DNA of 64,000 nt, taken from the NCBI GenBank assembly GCA_044344255.1, contig JBIJDH010000007.1, positions 64,001 to 128,000 of the forward strand. The letters are read 5' to 3'. This document shows positions 1-10,125 of this stretch, piece by piece. The notes under the pieces are model-generated. The model ran no database searches and had not been told where the DNA came from. It saw only the letters and a list, made by a program, of their open reading frames with translations. The position numbers and the translations under genes are program-made. Source of the stretch: Myxococcota bacterium. Its GTDB lineage: Bacteria > Myxococcota_A > UBA796 > UBA2385. How positions within the stretch are numbered: the first letter of the stretch is position 1; each line of letters starts with the position of its first letter.

Positions 1-1
1 G

Positions 2-1156
2 CAGATCCACCCCACCTGCATCCCCGTCTCCGGCGACTATCAGAGCAAGCTCACGCTGATGAGCGAGTCGCTGCGTAACGACGGCCGCGTGTGGGCCCCC
101 AAGGCCACCGGGGATGCCTGGGACGCCAAGGCGGGAAAGACGGGTCGCCGCCCCCAGGACATCCCCGAGGCCGACCGCGACTACTTCCTCGAGCGGCGGT
201 ACCCCACCTTCGGCAACCTCGTCCCCCGCGACATCGCCAGCCGCGCCGCCAAGTCGGCCTGCGACGATGGGCAGGGTGTGGCCTTCGCCGGCCGTGGGGT
301 CTACCTCGACTTCGCCGACTCCATCAAGCGCCTCGGCAAGAGCAAGGTGGAGGAGAAGTATGGCAACCTCTTCGAGATGTACGAGCGCATCACGGGGGAG
401 AGCCCCTATGAAGTGCCGATGCGCATCTACCCGGCCCCTCACTACACGATGGGCGGCCTCTGGGTAGACTACAACCTCCAGAGCACCGTGCCCGGGCTCT
501 TCGTCCTCGGTGAGGCCAACTTCTCGGACCACGGCGCCAATCGGCTCGGCGCCTCGGCCCTGATGCAGGGGCTCGCCGATGGTTACTTCGTCATCCCCTA
601 CACGATCGGCAATTACCTCGCCGGCGTGAAGGAGCCCGGGAAGCTCACGACGGGCCATTCGGCCTTCAAGGAGAGCGAGGGGGTCGCGGGCGACCGCCTC
701 AAGCAGCTCCTCGGCGTCAAGGGCAAGCGCTCCGCCGACAGCTTCCACCGGGAGCTCGGCCTCATCATGTGGGACAAGTGTGGGATGGGCCGCACCCGCG
801 CTGGCCTCGAGGAGGCCCTCGGGCGGGTCAACGAGCTGCGCGAGCGCTTCTGGTCGGAGGTCAGCGTCCCTGGCTCCGAGAAGGGGCTCAACCAGAGCCT
901 CGAGCGGGCCGGGCGCGTCGCCGACTTCCTCGAATTCGCCCCCACCATGCTGCGGGACGCCATCGATCGAGAAGAGAGCTGCGGTGGGCATTTCCGGGAA
1001 GAACATCAGGATGAAGAGGGCGAGGCCAAGCGGAACGACGAGCAGTTCAGCTACGTCGCGGCCTGGGAGTTCACCGGCGTCGGCAACGAGCCCCGGTTGC
1101 ACAAAGAGCCGCTGAAGTTCGAGTACGTCAAGCCCTCCAGCCGGAGCTACAAATGA
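2..1156 (+). CDS. sdhA: Succinate dehydrogenase/fumarate reductase flavoprotein subunit, 5'-truncated by the window edge
   Basis: Frame is open from base 2 (QIHPTCIP...[13 protein letters not shown]). Motifs [23 protein letters not shown] and [10 protein letters not shown] are present; the stop overlaps the Fe-S subunit start. Confidence 0.95.
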   Translation, partial: QIHPTCIPVSGDYQSKLTLMSESLRNDGRVWAPKATGDAWDAKAGKTGRRPQDIPEADRDYFLERRYPTFGNLVPRDIASRAAKSACDDGQGVAFAGRGVYLDFADSIKRLGKSKVEEKYGNLFEMYERITGESPYEVPMRIYPAPHYTMGGLWVDYNLQSTVPGLFVLGEANFSDHGANRLGASALMQGLADGYFVIPYTIGNYLAGVKEPGKLTTGHSAFKESEGVAGDRLKQLLGVKGKRSADSFHRELGLIMWDKCGMGRTRAGLEEALGRVNELRERFWSEVSVPGSEKGLNQSLERAGRVADFLEFAPTMLRDAIDREESCGGHFREEHQDEEGEAKRNDEQFSYVAAWEFTGVGNEPRLHKEPLKFEYVKPSSRSYK

Positions 1157-1905
1157 ACCTGAAGCTGCACGTCTGGCGTCAGAAGGACAAGGCCTCCCCT
1201 GGACAGTTCGTCACGTACGATGCGAAGGACGTGAACGAACACATGTCCTTCCTCGAGATGCTCGACGTCGTCAACGAGGGCCTCGAAGCTCGGAACGAAG
1301 AGCCCATCGCCTTCGAGAGCGACTGCCGTGAAGGCATCTGTGGCACCTGTGGCTTCGTGGTCAGCGGGCACGCGCACGGCCACAAGGCCCGAACCACGGT
1401 CTGCCAGCTCCACATGCGGGAGTTCAAGGACGGCGACGAGCTCACGATCGAGCCCTGGCGGGCCAAGGCCTTCCCCGTGGTGAAGGACCTCGTGGTGGAT
1501 CGGTCGGCCTTTGACCGTATCGTCCAGGCCGGCGGCTACATCTCGGTGAAGACGGGCCAGGCCCAAGACGCGAACGCGACGCCCATCAACAAGGACGCCG
1601 CGGACCGCGCCTTCGACGCCGCCACCTGCATCGGCTGCGGGGCCTGTGTGGCCGCATGCCCGAACGCGGCGGCGATGCTCTTCACCGGCGCCAAGGTCAC
1701 CCACCTCGGGCTGCTGCCCCAGGGGCAGACCGAGCGCTACGAGCGGGTCGACAAGATGGTCACCCAGATGGAGAAGGAGGACTTCGGTCACTGCTCCAAC
1801 TTTGGTGACTGCACCGTGGCCTGCCCAAAGGGCATCTCGCTCGACGTCATCGCCACGATGAACCGCGACTTCCTCACCGCGCAGTTCACCCTTCGGCACG
1901 ACTGA
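1153..1905 (+). CDS. sdhB: Succinate dehydrogenase/fumarate reductase iron-sulfur subunit
   Basis: CREGICGTC [2Fe-2S] motif, [12 protein letters not shown] and [12 protein letters not shown] motifs; ATGA overlap with sdhA. Confidence 0.95.
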   Translation: MNLKLHVWRQKDKASPGQFVTYDAKDVNEHMSFLEMLDVVNEGLEARNEEPIAFESDCREGICGTCGFVVSGHAHGHKARTTVCQLHMREFKDGDELTIEPWRAKAFPVVKDLVVDRSAFDRIVQAGGYISVKTGQAQDANATPINKDAADRAFDAATCIGCGACVAACPNAAAMLFTGAKVTHLGLLPQGQTERYERVDKMVTQMEKEDFGHCSNFGDCTVACPKGISLDVIATMNRDFLTAQFTLRHD

Positions 1906-2057
1906 GGTCTCCGGCCTCCGCCGGGCCGCGGGAGCGGGGCCTGGCTGCGCGGCGCGCGCGGCGTCGATATACTGGCTGCCATCGCTGTCCGCTGGGAGCC
2001 CGTATGCGCAGGTCCGGTCCGAGATCAAGTGAGTTGTCGGTGGGCTCTTCCCCCTTC

Positions 2058-3203
2058 GTGGATGAGCTCGCCGAGCGCGCGATGGCCGCGCTCCGCGACG
2101 GAGACCCCAAGAAGGCCGCTGTGGCGCTGCGGGACGCCCTCCGCCAGGATCCCTCGCGCATCGATCTGCTCCACGCCCTCGCCGTCACCGAGCTGCGGCG
2201 CGGAGAGGCCCTGGACGCTTACGATCTGACGGTGCAGGGTCAGCAGCTCGCCGCGGAGCGCCAGGACGAGGCCTCCGAGATGCTGATGCCCCAGCTCCTG
2301 CTGGTGCGGGCTGCGGCCTGTGAGGAGCTCGCAGACCCCCGCGGCGCCGAGGTCGCGTACCGCGAGATCCTCACCCATGAGCCGCAGAACCCGAGGGCCC
2401 GTCAGGGCTTCGGTCACCTGCTCCTGGCCTCCGGGCGCCGGGAGGAGGGGGTGGCTCAGCTCCAAGCCTACCTCGACGACGCGGTCGACCAGCCCGAGTT
2501 CCTCGGGGGCACCGCCGAGCTCCTCGGCACGATTCGACGGCTGCTCGCCGACGACGTGCACCCCCGCATGTTCATCGAGGCCCACCGGGAGTCCTACGTC
2601 GAGTTCTTTGACCACCACGCGGCCCGCCAGGCGGCCCTGGGCTGGATCGCGGAGGCCGCGCGGATGAAGCGGGCACCCGACGGTCGTGTGGTGCCGATCA
2701 TCCCCGACGGCGCGCGGCCCTACGCCGGCGTGCGCATCGATCTCGTGGATCCGTCGAATGGCCAGCCCGGGCAAGTGGGCGATCAGCCCATGGTCGTCGC
2801 CCTCTCGGGCTACGAGGCCCTCGCTCAGGCGCCCGTGCTGCTCGACTGGCCGGCCGGCGACTATCCGTTCCCGATCTGGATCAGCACCCAGTGCCCATGG
2901 GACCAGCTCCCGGTGCAGGTGCGTTTTCGCGACGCGGGCGCCGACGCCGCGGCTGCCCTCGACTCTGTCCTCGGGGATTGGTACACCGCGGGCTTTGACG
3001 GCAAGTTCGGCACCGCCGACCGCGGCCGCTTCCACTACGTGAGCGACCCGGAGGAGCAAGGGGAGGGGCGGGTGCTCTACCACGTCGACCTCGGCCGGGC
3101 CGAGCTCTCTGCGATCCCCGACCTGCTCTTGCGGCTGGCGGTCCTCCACGAGCGCCACGCGATCGCCCACGTGCTGCTGGGCCGCGGTCAGCTCCCCGCC
3201 TAG
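2058..3203 (+). CDS. TPR-containing hypothetical protein
   Basis: N-terminal helical TPR-like repeats (AAVALRDALRQDP, AEVAYREILTHEPQN) followed by an unrecognised C-terminal domain. GTG 2058 chosen as start; the ORF is open from 2004. Confidence 0.7.
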   Translation: MDELAERAMAALRDGDPKKAAVALRDALRQDPSRIDLLHALAVTELRRGEALDAYDLTVQGQQLAAERQDEASEMLMPQLLLVRAAACEELADPRGAEVAYREILTHEPQNPRARQGFGHLLLASGRREEGVAQLQAYLDDAVDQPEFLGGTAELLGTIRRLLADDVHPRMFIEAHRESYVEFFDHHAARQAALGWIAEAARMKRAPDGRVVPIIPDGARPYAGVRIDLVDPSNGQPGQVGDQPMVVALSGYEALAQAPVLLDWPAGDYPFPIWISTQCPWDQLPVQVRFRDAGADAAAALDSVLGDWYTAGFDGKFGTADRGRFHYVSDPEEQGEGRVLYHVDLGRAELSAIPDLLLRLAVLHERHAIAHVLLGRGQLPA

Positions 3204-3279
3204 CCGGCGGCGGGCGCCGCCCTCCCAGCCGCTTTGGCCGCGTGGCTCCCCACCCCGCTCGCCTGTGCTTGAGGTCCCC

Positions 3280-4167
3280 ATGCTCCACCTCGGACTGCTC
3301 CTGCTCGCCGCCGCTTTTGGGGCGGCTGACCCCGATGATGATGACGGCGACGGCTTCGGAGAGGCCGCGGGGGACTGCGACGACTCAGACTCCGGCGTCT
3401 ACCCGGGCGCCGCGGAGGTCTGTGACGGCAAGGACAACGACTGCGACGCGGTCCTCGATGAGGGCACCGAGTGCTCGGACGATGACCTGGACGGAGCGAG
3501 CGAGGACGACGGGGACTGTGACGACGCCGACGCCCTGATCTCACCCAGCGCGGCGGAGGACTACGACGGCGTCGACAACGACTGCGACGGCGTGGTCGAT
3601 GAGGGCACCGTGGCCTACGATGACGACCTGGACGGCTACAGCGAGCTCGAAGGCGACTGTTCCGACGAAGACCCCACCTTCAATCCGGGTGAGCTCGATG
3701 TCTGTCGCGACGGGATCGATCAAGACTGCTCGGGGCTGGCCGACGATGACTGTGTCGAGAGTGACACCGATGGCTGTGACCCCGACCTCGCGGTCACGCT
3801 GAGCCTGAGCCGCTTCACGACCCCGGCCGGCGGCACGGTGGAGGTCACGGCCGCGCCCTTCACCGTCGATCGGGCGCTCAGCCCCTCGCTCGAGTGGACG
3901 GTCAGCGGCGGCACCCTCAGCGGGGAGGGTGTCACCCGCTCCTGGACCCTGCCCGGCGCGAGCGGCGCCTATGAGGTGCTCGTCACGGTCGCCGATCCCT
4001 GCGGCTACGGCACCGCCGCCACCGGGACGGTCGAGGTCGTGGCCGAGCCTGCCGAGGGTGCCGACGAAGGCGGCGGCACAGAGGACGGTTGTGCCGGGAA
4101 GGCGGCGGGGCTCGGGCTGCTCCTCGGCCTCGGGGGGCTCCGTCGGCGGTCCAGGCTCGCGGTCTGA
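3280..4167 (+). CDS. Secreted protein with MopE-like putative metal-binding repeats, an Ig-like domain and a MYXO-CTERM-like tail
   Basis: Signal peptide; three DCDD..PGA.E.CDG.DNDCD-type repeats; C-terminus GCAG-hydrophobic-RRRSR. Confidence 0.8.
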   Translation: MLHLGLLLLAAAFGAADPDDDDGDGFGEAAGDCDDSDSGVYPGAAEVCDGKDNDCDAVLDEGTECSDDDLDGASEDDGDCDDADALISPSAAEDYDGVDNDCDGVVDEGTVAYDDDLDGYSELEGDCSDEDPTFNPGELDVCRDGIDQDCSGLADDDCVESDTDGCDPDLAVTLSLSRFTTPAGGTVEVTAAPFTVDRALSPSLEWTVSGGTLSGEGVTRSWTLPGASGAYEVLVTVADPCGYGTAATGTVEVVAEPAEGADEGGGTEDGCAGKAAGLGLLLGLGGLRRRSRLAV

Positions 4168-4180
4168 GCGGCCGCCGCGG

Positions 4181-4597
4181 TCAGTTGTCTTCGGCCCCGG
4201 CGTCGATCCAGCTGGCGAGGCGCTCGAGGCGGTCAGCCTCGAGGCCGCTGCTGGCGTCCGGCATCGGGCCCTCGACGATGTCGTCGGTGGGGGCGCACTT
4301 CATCCAGAGGTAGCTCCTGCTGTGGTCGCCGGGCTCCACCAAGGAGAGCTCGGGCACCTGCGCCGAGGGCACGCCGACCAGCGCGGCGTAGGCCTCGCCC
4401 TCCGCCACCGAGAGGCCCTCTGCGCCACCGCCGCTGCCGTGGCACGTGGAGAAGGCGCAGGAGGGGGTGAGGATGTCCGCCTGGACCTCGGTGAAGGTGG
4501 CGGCGGGCTGGACGCCCGTGTCTCCCTCCTTGCCGCAGGCGAGCAGGAGGAGGGCGGGCGCGAGGGCGATCGGGGCGGAGAGGAGCGTCAGTCGCAT
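4181..4597 (-). CDS. Lipoprotein with an atypical c-type heme-like motif
   Basis: Lipobox LLAC; CAFSTCH (CX4CH); distal GPMP (possible Met ligand); ends WIDAGA. Confidence 0.6.
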   Translation of the reverse strand: MRLTLLSAPIALAPALLLLACGKEGDTGVQPAATFTEVQADILTPSCAFSTCHGSGGGAEGLSVAEGEAYAALVGVPSAQVPELSLVEPGDHSRSYLWMKCAPTDDIVEGPMPDASSGLEADRLERLASWIDAGAEDN

Positions 4598-4610
4598 CGT
4601 CGGGGGATCC

Positions 4611-5573
4611 TCAGTCGGAGCAGATGTCGGCGGTGAGGGCGGGGTAGACCATCGAGACCGCGGCGCACATCTCGCCGGGGAAGGTCAGCGGCTCGTCGGT
4701 GTCGTTGAACCACTCACAGGTGGTGCGCCAGGTGCTGCCCGCCTCGGCGAGGAAGGGCGCGGCGGTGTAGTCCTCGATCGGCGGGGTGTCGCGATACTGG
4801 GGGTCCCAGACCTGCTCGTAGAAGGTTCGGCTGCTGCCGTCGGATTCGATCTTCTCGAGCTTGAAGTTGGTCCCCCACTCGTGCATATGCCCCATGAAAT
4901 AGAGCATGTTGTACTCTGTGTCAAAGGTACAGTCGAAGGTGAGGGTCTGCGACTGTCCGGGTGGGATCTCGAAGCCGACTCGGTTGACCGTCCAGGGGGC
5001 GGCCCAGTGGACCACGTCCTCGATGGGGATCACCGGGGCGACGCCGACCCCGTTCACGCGGATCGTCTCGGCGGAGGTGTTGACGTTGTGGACCTGGAGC
5101 ACCCAGCGCTGTCCGCCGCGCAGCTTGGTGGCGATGCCGGCGGGCAGCGCCATGCCGAAGGCCTCCCCGTTGCCCGCGGTGGGCAGGATGATGGGCTCGA
5201 GGGAGTCCATGTCGAGGTCTTGGGTCTTCGTGCAGTCGAAGATCTCTCCGTCCGGAAGGTCGATAGCGCTGGTGCTGATGCCGAGCAGGAGCACGTGGTG
5301 ACCGTAGTCCGCCTGTTGGTAGCCGCCGAAGCCGGTGAGCGCGACGTCGTCCCCGGTGTAGGTGCCGGCCATACAGAGCTGGGTCTCGGTGAAGGGCGCC
5401 ACCTCGAAGGGCGGCATCTCCCAGACGAGGTCGTTCGGGCCGGGCGCCGGGTAGTCCTCACCCTCGGTCATCGTGAGGTCGACCACCTCCCCCTGGGCGC
5501 TGTCAGCGCCTTTGTCTTCGGAGGGGGAGCAGGCGACGAGCAGGAGGGCGATCAAGGAGGGGAGGGCGCGCAT
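4611..5573 (-). CDS. Copper type II (PHM/DBH-like) monooxygenase-family lipoprotein
   Basis: Lipobox LVAC; GHHVLL plus QVHNVN (CuH-like His triad); GHMH plus EMC (CuM-like site). Confidence 0.75.
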   Translation of the reverse strand: MRALPSLIALLLVACSPSEDKGADSAQGEVVDLTMTEGEDYPAPGPNDLVWEMPPFEVAPFTETQLCMAGTYTGDDVALTGFGGYQQADYGHHVLLLGISTSAIDLPDGEIFDCTKTQDLDMDSLEPIILPTAGNGEAFGMALPAGIATKLRGGQRWVLQVHNVNTSAETIRVNGVGVAPVIPIEDVVHWAAPWTVNRVGFEIPPGQSQTLTFDCTFDTEYNMLYFMGHMHEWGTNFKLEKIESDGSSRTFYEQVWDPQYRDTPPIEDYTAAPFLAEAGSTWRTTCEWFNDTDEPLTFPGEMCAAVSMVYPALTADICSD

Positions 5574-5622
5574 GGTCGGCTACCTTGGGGATCGGCGATC
5601 CCGAGGGGGAGGTGTCTCCGAA

Positions 5623-6108
5623 TCAGGGTCGGATCATGTTCATCTGGACGGTGAAGGGCGTCTCGGCGCTGGCCTCGATGATCACCTTGTTCTCGGAGGG
5701 GATCGTGATGGGGTCGCCGGGATCGCCGCAGCCGTCGGCGGTGAGGTCGAGGCAACCGAGCACCCAGACGATCCCGGAGGCGAGCTGTCCGGTGGTGTAC
5801 AGCGCCTCAGTTGGGCCCCCGGTGCCACTGAGATCGATGGCGATCTCGATGTCCTCGAGGGAGCTTGCGCCCTCCACCGGGCCGGTCGCGGTGGCGTCGG
5901 CCTCGGCGTAGATCGAGCCCGAGAACAGGCCGACCGGTTCCGTTTCGAGGGAGGGGATCAGGTCGGCCTCCATCTCAAACGAGATTCGGAGGGAGCCGGG
6001 CCCCGTGTCGGCCGTACCGCTGTCGTCGCCGGCTGCAGAGTCGCTCCCCTTGTCGGTGGAGCCGCCCGAAGCGCCGCAGGAGAACAGGAGGAGGATGATG
6101 AGGGTCAT
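5623..6108 (-). CDS. Hypothetical lipoprotein
   Basis: Short hydrophobic leader ending LFSC; Ser/Gly/Asp linker; host-like codon usage. Confidence 0.65.
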   Translation of the reverse strand: MTLIILLLFSCGASGGSTDKGSDSAAGDDSGTADTGPGSLRISFEMEADLIPSLETEPVGLFSGSIYAEADATATGPVEGASSLEDIEIAIDLSGTGGPTEALYTTGQLASGIVWVLGCLDLTADGCGDPGDPITIPSENKVIIEASAETPFTVQMNMIRP

Positions 6109-6176
6109 GGCGGGAGAGGATGGGGGCTGTGGGGCTCGCTTGTCAAGGCCCGGCCCCGCGCCGCCGGGTGCCGCGC

Positions 6177-7106
6177 TCAGTGACCGCCCGCCGTCGGCGT
6201 CATCCCCGCAGACCCGTGCTCCGCGGGGGCCTCGCCGTGCTCTGCGGGGGCCTCGCCGTGCTCTGCGGGGGCCTCGCCGTGCTCCGCGGGGGCCTCGCCG
6301 TGGTCATCTGTCGCCGCCTTGTGGTCCTCGTGGGATCGATCTCCGTAGCTGGCGGCGAGGCTGGTGTTGACGTGCACCACGGCCTCATTGAGGCTGCGGA
6401 ACGCGTAGCCTTCGGTGATGACGGGGAGCCGGTCGGCCTCGGCCTGGCTGGTGAGGGTGCGACCGGCCGAGACGTAACGACCGGGGGGCACCTGCACCCC
6501 GATCACCTTCGCCCCGGGCTCGATGACGCTGCCCTTGCCAACCGTGGCCTTGAAGACCATGGCCTGCATGCCGACGAACACGTCATCTTCGACGACGGCT
6601 GGGCCGTGGACGAGCGACTGGTGCGCGAGCGAGACCCGCTGCCCCACGTAGACCGCATAGGCCACGCCGTTGACGACGTGGGTGCGACCCTCGATCGGCG
6701 CGCCGTCCTGCTCGGTCTCCAGCGCGTGCAGCACCACGCCGTCCTGGATGTTGGAGTCCCTCCCGATGTAGATCGGCTGCCCCTCGTCGCCCCGCACGGA
6801 CGCGAAGGGGCCGATGTAGACGTTGTCCTTGATGATGACGTCGCCGATCACGGAAGAGCTGGGGTCGAGCCAGGCGGAGTCCGCGACCCGGGCCTTGTCG
6901 ACCCGGGCGTTGAAGGAGGTCCGCACGTTCCGCCTCGGGGTGGACTCCACCTTGAACGCATGCTTGTCGGCCTTCTCGGCCACGCTCCGCTGGAGCGCCG
7001 CGATGGCGTCGGCGTTCTCTGTGTTGTGGATGGCGTTGACGATCGTGAAGCTCAGCAGGACGCCGACGAGCAGGGAGATGAGGCTGGCGGTGAGGATGCG
7101 CGTCAC
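6177..7106 (-). CDS. Gamma-class carbonic anhydrase (Cam-type) with an N-terminal membrane anchor/signal and a His-rich repeat tail
   Basis: Hexapeptide repeats with SVRGDEG, NIQDGVVLHALE, LAHQSLVHGP and VHVN, matching the Cam catalytic and Zn-ligand pattern. Confidence 0.85.
   Translation of the reverse strand: MTRILTASLISLLVGVLLSFTIVNAIHNTENADAIAALQRSVAEKADKHAFKVESTPRRNVRTSFNARVDKARVADSAWLDPSSSVIGDVIIKDNVYIGPFASVRGDEGQPIYIGRDSNIQDGVVLHALETEQDGAPIEGRTHVVNGVAYAVYVGQRVSLAHQSLVHGPAVVEDDVFVGMQAMVFKATVGKGSVIEPGAKVIGVQVPPGRYVSAGRTLTSQAEADRLPVITEGYAFRSLNEAVVHVNTSLAASYGDRSHEDHKAATDDHGEAPAEHGEAPAEHGEAPAEHGEAPAEHGSAGMTPTAGGH
6214..6302. repeat. 21-bp coding tandem repeat, about 4.2 copies, encoding (HGEAPAE)n
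   Basis: ccgtgctc(c/t)gcgggggcctcg x4 plus ccgtg. Confidence 0.95.
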
Positions 7107-7379
7107 GGTGCGGGACCCCGAGGAGATGCGTCGGCGAGCCTACCTGAAGTGACCCGGCCGTGGGACGCGCCGCGGCGATGCGCTGTCGCCGCCCACGGGG
7201 AAGGGCACGGGCGCTGATGCCCCAAAGCGGCTAGAAGCGGCGGCTTGGGGGCGCCTTGGGGGGACCGGGGCGGGAGACCGACGCGTGGAGCCGAAGAGGC
7301 GCCGCGCCGTCGAGCCGGCTCGAACGCCCCCTGCTGCACACCCGCTCCCGAAACCGCAATCAGGAATCACGGACAGACC

Positions 7380-8102
7380 ATGGGACGCATCTTCGAGACC
7401 CGAAAGCATACGATGTTCGCGCGCTGGGACCGCATGTCCAAGATGTTCACGCGTGTCGGCAAGGACATCGTCATCGCGGTCAAGGCCGGTGGCTCCAGCC
7501 CGGACAGCAACCCCACGCTCCGGCGGGTCATCCAGAACGCCCGCGCCGTGAACATGCCGAAGGACAAGATCGACGCCGCGATCAAGCGGGCATCGGGGCA
7601 AGGCGTCGAGAACTACGACGAGATCTTGTACGAAGGCTACGGGCCACACGGGGTCGCGATCCTCGTCGAGACCGCCACCGACAACATCGTCCGCACGGTG
7701 GCCAACGTGCGCATGCACTTCAGCCGAAAGGGGGGAAACCTCGGCTCGACGGGGAGCGTCTCCTACAACTTTCGGCGGATGGGCGTGTTTCGCCTCAAGC
7801 CGGACGGTGTCGATCAAGAGGCGATGGAGCTCGAGCTCATCGACTTCGGCCTCGAGGAGCTCGGCGAGAGCACGAACGACAAGGGCGAGCCCATCCTCGT
7901 CCTGCGCTGCGCCTTCAACGACTTCGGCGCGCTCCAGAAGGCGATCGAAGAGCGGAAGATCACGCCCATCTCGTCGGAGTCTGAGTACATCGCGCAGAAC
8001 ATCATCGAGCTCCCGGAGAAGGAGGCCAATGAGGTGATGGAGCTCATCGACAAGCTGGAGCAGGACGACGACGTCCAAAAGGTCTTCCACAACCTCGGTT
8101 GA
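7380..8102 (+). CDS. YebC/PmpR family protein
   Basis: [41 protein letters not shown] and [10 protein letters not shown]. Confidence 0.95.
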   Translation: MGRIFETRKHTMFARWDRMSKMFTRVGKDIVIAVKAGGSSPDSNPTLRRVIQNARAVNMPKDKIDAAIKRASGQGVENYDEILYEGYGPHGVAILVETATDNIVRTVANVRMHFSRKGGNLGSTGSVSYNFRRMGVFRLKPDGVDQEAMELELIDFGLEELGESTNDKGEPILVLRCAFNDFGALQKAIEERKITPISSESEYIAQNIIELPEKEANEVMELIDKLEQDDDVQKVFHNLG

Positions 8103-8106
8103 GCGG

Positions 8107-8802
8107 ATGCGCGCCTGTTTGGGACTGTGGCTCCTGGCCGTCGCCTGCGGGGGCGAGGCCCCCCCGGACGCGGGGGCGCGGCCTCCCGTGGCGCCTGCGG
8201 CCACAAAGGCCGAGGGCGGGGAGTCCAAGGGTGGGGAGCTCGTCTTCCCCCGGAGCTTCCAGCCGACCCAGCGGGGCTCGGGCTCCGTGGGCAGCGTGCG
8301 GATGGCCTGGCGGGATCTGTTGGGCGCCCACTGCGATCTGCGGCAGGTCCACGTTTGGACGCCGGTGGAGGCGAAGGTCCTCTGGAACGTACCCTACGCC
8401 ATCGCCGGACAGGCCTTCGAGGCCGAGGAGCTGACAGCCCTCTTCGAGGCGGACGGAGGCTGGTACCACCCGAGCCCCACGCCCGCCCGCCTCCGAGCGG
8501 ATGAGCTGGACTGCGTCTCGCGCCTCCAGGCACGGGAGCAGGCGCTGCGAGCGGAGGCCAGGGCTCCCCTCTCGCCCGAGGCGGAGGAGCGCTTCACCCG
8601 CGACGCCGGCGCCTTCGCCGCTTGGTGGCAGTGGGGGACGATGGCGGAGGTCTATCCCTACAGCCGGGAGACGATCATGCGGAAGGGCGAAGGGGGCTGG
8701 ACCTGGATGGCCCGCGTCGCCGGTTGCCGGTCGGCGCGCTGCGGGACCTACGTCATCGACTGCCCGGGAGAGGGGCCCTGTCGTTGGGGGGCAGCGGGTT
8801 GA
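8107..8802 (+). CDS. Lipoprotein with a degenerate YARHG-like domain
   Basis: Lipobox AVAC; LWNVPYAIAGQAF...LTALF...WYHP resembles the YARHG consensus. Confidence 0.55.
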   Translation: MRACLGLWLLAVACGGEAPPDAGARPPVAPAATKAEGGESKGGELVFPRSFQPTQRGSGSVGSVRMAWRDLLGAHCDLRQVHVWTPVEAKVLWNVPYAIAGQAFEAEELTALFEADGGWYHPSPTPARLRADELDCVSRLQAREQALRAEARAPLSPEAEERFTRDAGAFAAWWQWGTMAEVYPYSRETIMRKGEGGWTWMARVAGCRSARCGTYVIDCPGEGPCRWGAAG

Positions 8803-8862
8803 TCCGGGCGCTGGACGGGGTCCGGTCGGGTTAAGCGGCTGACTCTGGCGGGGCGCTCTCAC

Positions 8863-10125
8863 ATGAACTCGGCTCTCGGCTGTTCTCAAGGTCCCGCCGC
8901 GTCGGGGGGGGCTCACCTGCCTACCGGCCGAGGCGGGCGCAGCGGCCGTGCGGGCTCCTTCTCCACCGGGCTCTGGACCCTGACCATCGGCCTGACCGTC
9001 AGCTCGTCCGCTTTGGCCACGGAGGGGCCAGCGCGCTCCGACAGCGTGCTGGTCTACGACGGCGCCGTGAGCGAGGCGGTCCGCGTCGTCGGCGCCGCCG
9101 CAGGCCACCCCGCCTGGGAGCTCGCGCCGATGGAGCTCGACGCGGCCCTCACCGCCCTCGGCGTCGAGGTGGGGGGGGCTCGCGACACGCGGCGATGCGA
9201 CGGAGGCCCGCTCGGGGCCGCCGAGCTCCGCCAGCAGATCGACAGCGCCGAGCGGCTGGTCGGCTACCTGGAGCTTCGAGAGGCCCGCGCCGCCCTCGAT
9301 CAGGCCGCGTTTCGCCTCCCCTGCCTTCGCGAGCCGGCGGAGGCCAGCGCGCTCAGCCGGCTCTTTCTCCTCCAGGGCGTGGTCGCGGCCTCGGAGGGCG
9401 ACCCCGCCGCCGCCCTCGCCGCCTTTGTCCGCGCACAGGCGAGCCAGCCGGGCCTGCCCTACGACAAGCGTCTCCCCGCCGCCGCCGCGCCCCTCTGGAC
9501 GGAGGCTGCAGCGGCGCCGGCCCACGCGGAGCTGGTGGTCATCGGCCCTTCCGACCGCCTGTGGGTGGATGGCCGGCCCGCCCCCTCCGCGAAGATCGCC
9601 CTCACCGCGGGCCGCCACCTCCTTCAGCGGGTCGGCGGCGCCGGGCTCGCGCTGGAGGTCGAGGTCGAGCCGGGCGCCCCTGTCCTGGTCGCGGTGGCGG
9701 GGGTCTCGATGGGGGCCTGGGTGGAGGCCCTCGGGCAGCCGGGCGGCCCCGCGCTGTGGACCGCTGTGGCACCCACGGCCCCCGCCTTCGTCGTCTACGA
9801 GGGCAAGGTCTGGCGGGGCCCCGGGGACTGGGTGGCCCTGCCGGTCCCCGCCGCGGCTGGGGAAGCTGCGCCGCTCCGCCCCGGCGCCAAGCGCGGTCGC
9901 GCGCTGCTCGGCGGCGGGGTCGCCACCCTCAGCATCGGCCTCGCAGGGGTGATCGGCGGCTACGCCTGGGGCGCGACCCACCGAGAGGCCACGGACGCCG
10001 CCGATCTCGCAGACGCCCGTCGGGCTCATGACGTCGCCCAGGGCTACACCTGGGTCAGCCTGGGGCTCGTCGGGGCGGGAGCGGGGCTCGGCGCCGCGGG
10101 CCTCGTGGTCGGGGGGCGGCCATGA
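8863..10125 (+). CDS. Hypothetical secreted protein with a helical region, a PEGA-like segment and a C-terminal Gly-rich hydrophobic hairpin
   Basis: LWVDGRP...LTAGRHLL (PEGA-like); two Gly-rich hydrophobic C-terminal segments; ATGA overlap with the next gene; start uncertain. Confidence 0.55.
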   Translation: MNSALGCSQGPAASGGAHLPTGRGGRSGRAGSFSTGLWTLTIGLTVSSSALATEGPARSDSVLVYDGAVSEAVRVVGAAAGHPAWELAPMELDAALTALGVEVGGARDTRRCDGGPLGAAELRQQIDSAERLVGYLELREARAALDQAAFRLPCLREPAEASALSRLFLLQGVVAASEGDPAAALAAFVRAQASQPGLPYDKRLPAAAAPLWTEAAAAPAHAELVVIGPSDRLWVDGRPAPSAKIALTAGRHLLQRVGGAGLALEVEVEPGAPVLVAVAGVSMGAWVEALGQPGGPALWTAVAPTAPAFVVYEGKVWRGPGDWVALPVPAAAGEAAPLRPGAKRGRALLGGGVATLSIGLAGVIGGYAWGATHREATDAADLADARRAHDVAQGYTWVSLGLVGAGAGLGAAGLVVGGRP

